DNA of 64,000 nt from Sedimentisphaerales bacterium (lineage in GTDB: Bacteria; Planctomycetota; Phycisphaerae; Sedimentisphaerales; SM23-30): the NCBI GenBank assembly GCA_963666285.1, contig OY762711.1. One strand, written 5' to 3'. Positions 10,618-20,320 of the stretch are shown here, piece by piece; position 1 is the stretch's first letter, and each line of letters begins with the position of its first letter. A model generated the notes under the pieces. It did no database searches, was not told where the DNA came from, and worked only from the letters and a program-made list of their open reading frames with translations. The position numbers were made by a program, and so were the translations under genes.

Positions 10618-13293
10618 ATGAAATATTTACCATTTTTTATCCTGACACTATTATGCTGCCATTATACCTATGCTGCGGAACTGGCAGTACCATCTCAATA
10701 TAATACCATTGAAGATGCTCTCAATGCCGCCACTGACAATGACGAAATCATTCTTGCTCCCGGAACATACTCTGGCTCCGGCAACACAGACATAACAATT
10801 AACGGTCTCACTGCGACAATACGCTCACAGGACCCGGAAGATGCGTCTGTAGTCGCCCAGACCATTATCGACTGCGAGGACAACTCAAGGGCATTTATTT
10901 TGTCAAACAATACCGGGGCTTTAACCATAAAAGGTATTACCATTTCTAATGGGAATTCTACTGCCGGCGGTGCCATTCTCGTTACCTCATCGTCACTATC
11001 CCTTTATAATTGCATTATTAATAGCTGCACCTCGAATAGTGATGGTGGTGCCATTGCTGTCACCTCTGGCAGTGTCATCATTTCTCAAGGCTCAATTTTT
11101 ATCAACAATACCGCCGCTAACGACGGAGGAGCGATTTACTCAAGCGGTGACTCGGTTATCACTTTACAAGACTCTATCTTTTCGCAAAATAGTTCTGACA
11201 GGGACGGCGGTGCTATTGCCTGCAGTAACAACAACAGCGATGTACTTATCGACACGTGTTCCGTTATCGGAAATAAATCTACTGACTTCGGAGGCGGCAT
11301 TAACTTCACATATTTGACCAGGACACAGATCCAAAACTCAGTTATTGCCGGAAACTTCGCTGATAGCCACGGTGGCGGAATTTATTATTCTAACTCTACT
11401 TACGAATCTGACACCCCTTCCAACCTGATTATCAACTCTACTATTACCGAAAACAGGTCAGCTGCCAATGGTGGCGGTCTCAGACTTTTTGATAGCGAGT
11501 TAGAGCTGGCAAATACTGTAATATGGAACAATAGTGTTACTGTCGATGGACAATATCAGGAAGTAGCGATTTCCGGTGATAACTCCTTACTGCAAATGGC
11601 TTTCTGTCTAATACAAGGATCGCTTGATGATGACTTCGATAATGAATACGTTTTCTTGGAACTTGGCTCACTTGTAGAAAGACTCGGCGGTAACATATCC
11701 GGCCCCCCTTCTTTTACCTCAACTGGCTCATGGGCAGATGAACAATGGACCCCCGGCAACTATCTGCCAACCAGCGGCTCGTTCTGTTTTAATGGTGGAA
11801 GTACGGATTATATCGATGAACAATTGACTCTTGATTTCGCAGGAGAAGATAGAATCAAAGGGCTTACTGTTGATATAGGTGCATTTGAAATGGACATTCC
11901 TGACGGCTCGGACCTGACAGCTACCCTCGATATCGATCTCAAATACACCGGAGATATTATCCCCGGCGATAAAGGCAAAGCTATTGTTACCGTCACAAAT
12001 ATTGGCAACGAAGATGCCGAAGGTGAAATAAGTGTAAGTCTTTATATGTCAACAGATCAATACCTGGACTCATCTGACACCTTACTCTATTCGCCATCCA
12101 AAAAAACAAAAGTCAAATTCCTGGTTGACAAACTAAAGCCAAAAGCATTTAAACTCTCATTTATTATTCCGGGTGACATTGATACCGGCACTTACTATAT
12201 ATTAGCCCATGTTGATGCTGAAAATGACATCTCTGAAGCCGATGAAAGCATGATTAGCAACATTATAGCCAGTGAGCAGCAGACTTTAGCATGGAAATTT
12301 GGCAGCTTCGGCACAAGGAATAATGCTAAACTTATTCTGGAAGACAGCCAGGGCATTACCAACCAATACCTTATCAAAGATGGCTGGGGTGAAATTGACT
12401 CCAATCGATCTGATATAAATATCACTAGTACTTCTCAAAAATGTACTTTAACCGTAAAACCAATGAGTAAGGATGGCACACCTGAACTTGGCAGCATTAC
12501 ATGCACCGGCGATCTCAGCATAAACGCTAAAACACATAATCTTGCTGGCGATATATATATAACAGGTACAATGCCGAAATTTGTTATCAATGATGCCATT
12601 GACGGCGATACTGGATATACAATCACGGTTCTGGGATCATCAACTGATGAAAAAACCGGAGCAACTATACAAGCTCTTAATATCAGTGACCTGAATATAT
12701 ACTCACCTGATTACCCGATTAAATCCATAAAAGTTAATAAATGGCTGAATTCTAGCCAGCCGCCGGTTATTGAAACTCCATGGATTAAATCTATTAGCTG
12801 TAAGGAAAACTTTGAAGCCTCATTGAGAATAACTGGTGAAAATGCTGATAAAAACATCTCGATAGGCTCCGCCAAAATCGGTGCAAATATTGAAAATGCC
12901 TCCTGGGAAATCGAAGGTGATATTAAATCTATTTCTGCCAATGCCCTTATAAATTTCGCACTTTTCCACGGAACATCTGAAGGTGTATCTGAGCCAACAG
13001 GAAATACATCTGATATCACAAATCAATACTCTCTTTCTCTTTCTCTCAAAGATAGTAATATTGCGATGCAGGATTCAACTATAATTACCTGGGAAGTTAG
13101 CAAATTCTCGTTCTCCGGCAGTGCCGTTGCCGAGGGTTCATGCTACTTTGAATTTTTCTCCAGTCGTAAACCGGTACCTTTGCCTGGCGGCGTATTAAAC
13201 CCGGCTTCCAATTCTGCGCAAACTTCGCTTATGCTAAATCAGATTTCTTCCATCTGGCAGCCAGAACTGAAAAATATTTTTAATCTGTTTTAG
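10618..13293 (+). CDS. Secreted right-handed beta-helix (GGAI/Pmp-like repeat) protein with CARDB-like domain
   Basis: Signal peptide; repeated FxxNxAxxxGGAI motifs; VDIGAFE; VTVTNIGN...YYILAHVDAENDISEADE (CARDB-like). Confidence 0.75.
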   Translation: MKYLPFFILTLLCCHYTYAAELAVPSQYNTIEDALNAATDNDEIILAPGTYSGSGNTDITINGLTATIRSQDPEDASVVAQTIIDCEDNSRAFILSNNTGALTIKGITISNGNSTAGGAILVTSSSLSLYNCIINSCTSNSDGGAIAVTSGSVIISQGSIFINNTAANDGGAIYSSGDSVITLQDSIFSQNSSDRDGGAIACSNNNSDVLIDTCSVIGNKSTDFGGGINFTYLTRTQIQNSVIAGNFADSHGGGIYYSNSTYESDTPSNLIINSTITENRSAANGGGLRLFDSELELANTVIWNNSVTVDGQYQEVAISGDNSLLQMAFCLIQGSLDDDFDNEYVFLELGSLVERLGGNISGPPSFTSTGSWADEQWTPGNYLPTSGSFCFNGGSTDYIDEQLTLDFAGEDRIKGLTVDIGAFEMDIPDGSDLTATLDIDLKYTGDIIPGDKGKAIVTVTNIGNEDAEGEISVSLYMSTDQYLDSSDTLLYSPSKKTKVKFLVDKLKPKAFKLSFIIPGDIDTGTYYILAHVDAENDISEADESMISNIIASEQQTLAWKFGSFGTRNNAKLILEDSQGITNQYLIKDGWGEIDSNRSDINITSTSQKCTLTVKPMSKDGTPELGSITCTGDLSINAKTHNLAGDIYITGTMPKFVINDAIDGDTGYTITVLGSSTDEKTGATIQALNISDLNIYSPDYPIKSIKVNKWLNSSQPPVIETPWIKSISCKENFEASLRITGENADKNISIGSAKIGANIENASWEIEGDIKSISANALINFALFHGTSEGVSEPTGNTSDITNQYSLSLSLKDSNIAMQDSTIITWEVSKFSFSGSAVAEGSCYFEFFSSRKPVPLPGGVLNPASNSAQTSLMLNQISSIWQPELKNIFNLF

Positions 13294-13320
13294 ATATAAA
13301 TGCTAAGTTTAGTTCCGAAT

Positions 13321-15587
13321 TTAATTTTTATCATACACCCTGACATAATCAATATAATATTTATGAGGAAACAGGCTGTCATCAATACCTTTTTGACCGC
13401 CCCATGCTCCGCCAATCGCAAGGTTTAGTATTAAATAATGCGGCTTATCAAACGGCCATTCATTATCTCCGGTACCTTCATTACGAAAAGTAAAATAATG
13501 CTTATTATCAACGAATGTCTCAATCCTGTCATCATACCACTCAATTGCATATAAATGATACTTATCCATACAGGTTGGAACCTTTATAGTAGCACTCTTC
13601 TGTGTGCCGATTACATGATAATAGCTCTTACAGTGAATTGTGCCAACGATAGTCTCCGGATCATAACCAACATTTTCCATTATATCGATCTCGCCGCATT
13701 TCGGCCACCCAACCTGACCAATATTTTTCCCCAACATCCATATCGCCGGCCAGGTCCCTTTCCCTGTTGGCAGCTTTGCCCTTATCTCAAATCTACCATA
13801 AGTCCATTCTTTCTTCCCTGCAGTATGGATACTCGCTGATGTATATTCAGCATTCTCTTTGTACCCCTCTTTTCGTGCCTCAATCAGCAAACTGCCATTC
13901 TCAACACGTGTATTCTCCAGTCTCTGCCTGGTATAATATTGCTTTTCATTATTTCGGATAAAACCAACCTCATGGTTCCACTTCTCAGCATCAGGCAAGC
14001 CCTGATAGTCAAACTCATCATTCCAGCTCAACTTCCACTCAGGATCCTCCGGTTTATTGTAGCCCTTTTCATCACAATGCAATTTTGAATGCAATCTTAC
14101 TTTATTTACCGTATCCCCGCCATTTTGTAAGTAAAACCGGTTTTCCTTGACTCCGGAATCAATTCTATCTGATTTCGTATTATCTGCGGTAAAAACGGCA
14201 CTTGTTAACGGATGCCATATACCATCGATACTCTTCACCCAGCCATTACCAAAACTTGCATTGCGGATTTGCTTGGCACTTTCGCCATTACGCCTGAAAT
14301 CTTCGACAAACGAATAATACCCTTTTAATGGATCGCCAGCGGTTTTTGTCTGGAATGTAGCAAGATGCTTCCAGCCGCTCGTCTCGCTCAAACAAACAAA
14401 AGCTGAGTAAATTGTTGTGTCATTCTCTACCACAGCTTTGACTATACACCTTACAGTCTGGTTCAGCTCCCAATCAGTATAAAACATAGACTTCGCGCCC
14501 GTGCCTTCATTTCCAAACCTGCTTATTTTTACATCATCTCCGGAAAATATAACTTTAACCCGGTTTTCTTCTTGCACCTTAGCTGGATCATTCTGATCAC
14601 CCGGATCCCACACAGAGAAGATTACTACTTTTTTCCCTCCCCATAACTCCTGGATTCCAAAATAGCCGTGATTAAATCCACAAACGCAAAAGTAACTGCC
14701 TGGAACACTTTTTTCAACTGAAACTTCATTATAAAATGCCATACCTTCCGGAGCGTCATACCACAAATGAACACTGCGGGCTGCTCTAGGAAACTCATTT
14801 CCCTGGGCCAAGACATTTGTTACTATTAAAAAACATATAAACAGGAGAATAAACGTATACTTTTGTCGAGTAGGCATGTCGCCTCCTTTCATTAATTTAA
14901 CAAATTCTGAGTTTCATTATATTTTGTGCAAGGAAACGCATGCCCCTCACAGAACCGGACTTGAAGATTTCCCTCATCCGGCTCTTCATTAATGCTCACT
15001 TTGACGGCTACATAAGGCAAAGTAATGTGCCTTGTAGAAGTCTCCGATAGAAGACGCTGTGGAACGTTCATGGTTTCTTCCAGTTCAGTGCCTGGCCAAT
15101 ATCCTGTTTCGCCTTTACACATTAATGCTGACCCCTTCGAGTGCCTCAAACTTCGAAACTCAACAGGCATTACCCTGTTTACTCCTCTACTATGAGTCAG
15201 TCCGACTACCAAAATGCCATACGGCCGCGTCACGGTTTCAGCTCCTTGGCCGCTTCCTTTCGGAGCACTTCGGTTCTCCCAAGTTCCAATGCAGTCAGTT
15301 CGTTTGCCCGCTACGGACTCAGACCCCGGCTCGTCGATATATGCTCGCCGTATTTCGCATATATCGATATTGGCTTCAGGCATATGAAAACCCTGGCCCG
15401 GATGCGATAAGGAATAATTTCGGGGCTCAACACCTTCACTTGCGTTGTGGCTGACAAACTCCTTTCCCGGGGCTTCGTACAGTTCGTTACCTCTCTGCAC
15501 GCCCGGTGCTGTAATGGGCGGGTGGCTAGCCCTTACCCATGCCGGATTGGCCGGCTTGACTACATTAGCTTCGCTTGGCGCTCTCAT
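13321..15587 (-). CDS. Secreted DUF3472-like + GH16 (laminarinase-type) hydrolase, interrupted by a group II intron; exons 15584-15587 and 13321-14864
   Basis: GH16 motif WPAIWMLG..WPKCGEIDIMEN; splicing joins ATGA|AAAAG to give MKKYTFILLFICF signal peptide (515 aa); unspliced RNA has an in-frame ATG at 14877. Confidence 0.85.
14865..15583 (-). mobile_element. RT-less group II intron, copy 1 (719 nt)
   Basis: 5' GAGCG; domain V GAGCCGGATGAGGGAAATCTTCAAGTCCGGTTC (14952-14984, AGC triad); domain VI with bulged A (14871) ending CTCGAC; short DIV closed by CATTAATGT/GCATTAATG; no YADD/RT; identical copy 2955 bp away. Confidence 0.92.
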
Positions 15588-15646
15588 ACTCTTTCCTTAC
15601 CCGGCATAACCAGATGAATTAAAAAATTAAACTTATGGCCAAAATA

Positions 15647-16795
15647 TCATTGTTTTAGCCATTCAAATGAAAATCTGTCAAAAACTATCATCTCATATGG
15701 ATGATCATTTCCTTTCTCAAATAAACAGCCCGCTGTCCCATCAGCCGTCACTGCAAGACACGAATACGCACTGGCTCCGCTATATAGCAATTTTGCGACC
15801 GGCCAGGTCTTACCATCGTCATAACTCAGCCTAACAGTCATGTTAACACGAGAACTCATACTCGCTGGATTAGAAAACAGAAGATAAGGTCGTGATTGTG
15901 AGTTATCATCATCACTCATCCACTTCACAATACTCGCCTGGCAGATTGGCTCAACCAATTCAGAATCATAAAAAGTCTCCGACCAGGTTACTCCGCCATC
16001 GTCACTGCAGCTCACCGCACGGGTCCTATTCTCCCTGAAGTAATTTCTGCTATTCAGCATAATCCTTCCGTCCGACAATTCGACAACCTGACACTCATTT
16101 AACTTATCTGCCCGGGTTGAACCTCCCAGCTTCCAGCTGTTACCATGGTCATCGGAATAACTAACATGAGAATAATACTTCTTGCTACCCTTCTCTATAT
16201 GATCGCAAGGTATCACCAATCTCCCATTAAACCGCCCGCTGCATAGCTGAATCCCGCAACCAGGCCCGGTTGCATACCAGCTCCAGTTTTCCTGCTTTGT
16301 CGAACTGGTTATATCAATAGGCTTTGTCCAGGAAATACCATCATCTGAACTGTGAGACACCCAGACTGTTCTGGTCTCTTTACTGCTGCCATCTATTATC
16401 TGCCTTTCGTGGTCCGAGCCAAGGTTGCGAGTCATAAGCAACCAGATAATACCGGTATCTTCGTCTACCACCACACAAGGATTACCGCAGGTATTTTCAC
16501 CGTCTGACCAGACTATTATCTGATCTGACCATGTTTTACCATTATCTGTACTTCGCTTCAGTAAAATATCGATATTGCCGGCATCCCCTTTGTTTTCCCT
16601 GCCTTCACAAAATGCCAGGATAGTCCCTTTTGTAGTCACTCCCAAAGCCGGAATACGATAGGTATGATAGCCGCCACTGCCACTTTCGTAAACAGTGCAT
16701 ATTTCTCTCTCAAAATTACTTTCAGCCAAAACATGAAAATGACAAACCAAAAGTAATATTATAATTTTCAGTCCAAAATACATGTAATTATTCAT
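15647..16795 (-). CDS. Secreted exo-alpha-sialidase (GH33)
   Basis: YRIP motif; Asp-boxes STDNGKTW, SSDDGISW, SDDHGNSW, SDDGGVTW, SYDDGKTW; signal peptide. Confidence 0.92.
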   Translation of the reverse strand: MNNYMYFGLKIIILLLVCHFHVLAESNFEREICTVYESGSGGYHTYRIPALGVTTKGTILAFCEGRENKGDAGNIDILLKRSTDNGKTWSDQIIVWSDGENTCGNPCVVVDEDTGIIWLLMTRNLGSDHERQIIDGSSKETRTVWVSHSSDDGISWTKPIDITSSTKQENWSWYATGPGCGIQLCSGRFNGRLVIPCDHIEKGSKKYYSHVSYSDDHGNSWKLGGSTRADKLNECQVVELSDGRIMLNSRNYFRENRTRAVSCSDDGGVTWSETFYDSELVEPICQASIVKWMSDDDNSQSRPYLLFSNPASMSSRVNMTVRLSYDDGKTWPVAKLLYSGASAYSCLAVTADGTAGCLFEKGNDHPYEMIVFDRFSFEWLKQ

Positions 16796-16821
16796 ATCTA
16801 CACCTCGATAAGCTGACAGGC

Positions 16822-18542
16822 TTACTGTCTCGTATTGTTCACCTTGACTGCTTCAATTGTCATATCTTTCCATTCGGATTCAATACCGCGTAAATGATGA
16901 TCGAAAAACTGCTTTGTATATTTAATTGTCTCCGGTCCAAATCCTTGACCGTGCCCTCCGTCTTTTACGGTAATCATTGTACAGTTTATTTTTGCTTTTC
17001 TCAAAGCAGTAATAAATAATTCAGATTGATTATACGGCACCAGCGGATCTTTGGTACCATGAATTATTAAAAATGGAGGATCATCTTTAGTAATATACCG
17101 AATTGGATTCGCAGTAGCAACCTTATCCTTATTCTCTTGTATGGCTCCTCCGATAAGTTCTGATTCCGGCGAATCTGGTGCATCGTGGCTCTGGATCGAA
17201 CCTGCTTTATCCATCTGCAAAAAATCGGTCGGGCCAAAGAAATCTGCAACACATGAAACATGACTCGAAACGTCTTTATATTCTCCTAGTCCCCCATCCA
17301 TAACCGCCGCTCCACTGCTCGTACCCAGCATTGATACCAGGTGGCCGCCGGCTGATGATCCCCATACCCCTATCCTATCGCTATCTAATCCGTATTTATT
17401 TGCATTTGCCCTTATCCAGCGAATGGCAGCTTTACAGTCATGAATTTGTGCCGGCCAAACGGCATCTCCACTTAACCTGTAATTTACTGTCGCCGCGGCA
17501 TAATCTCCTGAAGCAACAAACGGTATCAGCTTTCCGACACTACTGGATTTATCTCCCGCTCTAAATGCTCCGCCATGAACATACACAATTACAGGCAAAG
17601 ACTTTTCTCCTGAATTCTTTGGAATCAGCAAATCTAAACACTGTCTTTCATGACTGTTTTTTAGATAAGGTAAGTCTTTTATGTGTAGAACATTATCGCG
17701 GTTCATCTTATACTGCATACCTCTTTCCGGCCTTTCCCTGTTTTGTTCCTGCTGGCCGAATAGCTGAGCTGCTCCCAAAAATATAACCAGAATCACGATT
17801 ATCTGTCTATTAATATCTTGTCGAGTAGGCATGTCGCCTCCTTTCATTAATTTAACAAATTCTGAGTTTCATTATATTTTGTGCAAGGAAACGCATGCCC
17901 CTCACAGAACCGGACTTGAAGATTTCCCTCATCCGGCTCTTCATTAATGCTCACTTTGACGGCTACATAAGGCAAAGTAATGTGCCTTGTAGAAGTCTCC
18001 GATAGAAGACGCTGTGGAACGTTCATGGTTTCTTCCAGTTCAGTGCCTGGCCAATATCCTGTTTCGCCTTTACACATTAATGCTGACCCCTTCGAGTGCC
18101 TCAAACTTCGAAACTCAACAGGCATTACCCTGTTTACTCCTCTACTATGAGTCAGTCCGACTACCAAAATGCCATACGGCCGCGTCACGGTTTCAGCTCC
18201 TTGGCCGCTTCCTTTCGGAGCACTTCGGTTCTCCCAAGTTCCAATGCAGTCAGTTCGTTTGCCCGCTACGGACTCAGACCCCGGCTCGTCGATATATGCT
18301 CGCCGTATTTCGCATATATCGATATTGGCTTCAGGCATATGAAAACCCTGGCCCGGATGCGATAAGGAATAATTTCGGGGCTCAACACCTTCACTTGCGT
18401 TGTGGCTGACAAACTCCTTTCCCGGGGCTTCGTACAGTTCGTTACCTCTCTGCACGCCCGGTGCTGTAATGGGCGGGTGGCTAGCCCTTACCCATGCCGG
18501 ATTGGCCGGCTTGACTACATTAGCTTCGCTTGGCGCTCTCAT
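16822..18542 (-). CDS. Secreted alpha/beta-hydrolase (esterase), interrupted by a group II intron; exons 18539-18542 and 16822-17819
   Basis: HGGAF, GSSAGG nucleophile, HGTKD, GGHG; splicing joins ATGA|AAGAT to give MKDINRQIIVILVIF (333 aa). Confidence 0.85.
17820..18538 (-). mobile_element. RT-less group II intron, copy 2 (719 nt)
   Basis: Apparently identical to 14865-15583 (same translations in three frames); boundaries ATGA|GAGCG...CTCGAC|AAGAT. Confidence 0.92.
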
Positions 18543-18568
18543 AAAAACTCCCTTCATTATTCTATCGA

Positions 18569-19471
18569 TCAATCAAATTTTAAACCTGTATCTTGCCGTT
18601 TTAGTGTAATATCTCGTAAATAATGATCAAAAAATTGCCAAACCTTATCTGTCACCTCTTCTCCAAATCCTTCACCATGCCCACCACCTTCAATAGTAAC
18701 CATTATACATTCATTATTCTTATCTCGCAATGCCTTAGAAAGCAGCTCAGATTGAATATATGGTACAATGGAATCGCCGGTTCCGTGAACGATCAGAAAT
18801 GGCGGCTCATCACCATTAATATATGTCATGGGATTCGCTCCCGCAATTTTACCAACATTATCTTCGATCGGTCCGCCAAACAGCTCAACTGCTGGTGATT
18901 CATCAATTTCATACTCTACGTCAGTACCAAACTTATCCATATGAAAGAAATCTGTTGGCCCATAGAAATCAACTACACAAGATACCTTACTGGAAACATC
19001 TAAACAACATTCAGGCTCACCCTCCAACGATCTCACCCCGTTACTCGTACCTAGCATAACGGCAAGATGACCGCCTGCCGAACACCCCCATACTCCTATT
19101 CGGCTGCTGTCAATTCCATATTTCTCGGCATTGTTTCGGATCCAGCGTAACGCAGCTTTACAATCATGGATCTGTGCCGGCCATATCGCATCACTGCTAT
19201 ACCGGTAGTTAATTGACACTGCCGCATATTGGCCTGACTCCACAAATGGAACAACGATAGGCAAACCAGTAGCTTTATCACCGGTTCGATATGCTCCCCC
19301 ATGTATATATACAATAACAGGAAGCAGATCTTGTTCACGGCTTTCAGGGATCAGCAGATCCAGATTCTGCCTGCAATGACCGTTGTCAACATAGGCAATG
19401 TCCTGTAAATGCCTGACCCCGGTTTTATTAATATCATGCATGTTCTTTCTATTTATCATATACCAATTCAA
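18569..19471 (-). CDS. Alpha/beta-hydrolase (esterase), paralog of the downstream gene
   Basis: HGGAY, WPAQIHDCKAA, GCSAGGHL, HGTGD, GGHG. Confidence 0.88.
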   Translation of the reverse strand: MNWYMINRKNMHDINKTGVRHLQDIAYVDNGHCRQNLDLLIPESREQDLLPVIVYIHGGAYRTGDKATGLPIVVPFVESGQYAAVSINYRYSSDAIWPAQIHDCKAALRWIRNNAEKYGIDSSRIGVWGCSAGGHLAVMLGTSNGVRSLEGEPECCLDVSSKVSCVVDFYGPTDFFHMDKFGTDVEYEIDESPAVELFGGPIEDNVGKIAGANPMTYINGDEPPFLIVHGTGDSIVPYIQSELLSKALRDKNNECIMVTIEGGGHGEGFGEEVTDKVWQFFDHYLRDITLKRQDTGLKFD

Positions 19472-19714
19472 TTATGAAGAATTACAAAATCATAAAAGCC
19501 TTACTATTTATATTTTCATTTTTCCACTTTTGTATCTTTCTGATGAAATCTTAAATGAACATTTAGTTTAATTATATCACTCTAAAAACAATAAAAGAGG
19601 CTCGCCCCTTTTTCATCTAAACATTTACACCATAATTACTTATACTTAAAAAAACTAAATCAGTCAAAGCAACCGTTTATCTCATATATATTATTGTTTA
19701 CTTTCACACTTTTC

Positions 19715-19754
19715 AAGTTGCAATAATCGCCTAAACGGCCTTCCTGCAACACTT
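19715..19754. repeat. Short dispersed inverted-repeat element, copy 2
   Basis: AAGTTGCAATAATCGCCTAAACGGCCTTCCTGCAACACTT matches both ends of 10344-10401. Confidence 0.5.
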
Positions 19755-19816
19755 ATGTTTTAAACAAAGCGTGAGACGATAGTCGACACCTTAATTTTTC
19801 AATTTTCACTATTCGT

Positions 19817-19904
19817 TTTTCACTTAATTGGCCCTGTTCTGGCCTTTGCGTGTAATGTTGAACTGTCAAAAGTGCGCCATGCATATGATGCGAAGCATAA
19901 ACCG
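19817..19904. repeat. ~90-bp dispersed repeat, copy A
   Basis: Aligns with 37117-37206 (shared TTTTCACT.AATTG, GCCTTTGCG, AAGTGCG.CATG, TGCGAAGCATAAACCG). Confidence 0.65.
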
Positions 19905-20159
19905 CAATCTCACTTTTTTTATTTATTTCAAAAAAAATAAAAATCTATTTGCCAAACCCGCAGGCATGTTCTGTGTTTAACTAATAAGGCTGAGTAATTT
20001 GTTTGTCGATCGGGAATTTATCACCCATTCTTGAATATGTGTGCCACAACATGGCCTTTGATGTCGGGACCACTAATTGCGAAACCCTGGCATAACAACC
20101 TAAAAAATCAGAAAGGAGCATACAACGCGGGCACTACAGGCACCCGCTAAAAAAAATAA

Positions 20160-20320
20160 AGTGACCTCTGGAAATTGCTTTTGATGCGATAGTTTAAGAT
20201 TTTGGTTGCTGACAAGGAACATAAAATCGTGCATATTGGGCTATATTCACTGTTTTATGTGACGCATGTCAGAAGGCAAAAGAAAAACTTGTCGCTCAAA
20301 ATGAATTTTCTGAGGTTGCC
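20160..20320. mobile_element. 161-bp MITE-like element, copy 1
   Basis: Imperfect TIRs GTGACCTCTGGAAATT / AATTTTCTGAGGTTGCC; near-identical copy at 34259-34419. Confidence 0.8.

Noticed and set aside
14865..15583. Group IIC (terminator-targeting) intron, or an IS/composite transposon
   Set aside because: Full-length domain V with AGC triad, no terminator hairpin at the 5' exon, no TIRs or target duplication
14892..15587. 231-aa ORF (and its 241-aa twin at 17847-18572) as an ordinary hypothetical protein or intron-encoded RT
   Set aside because: It overlies ribozyme domains I-VI and has no RT (YADD) or maturase motifs; treated as a property of the intron
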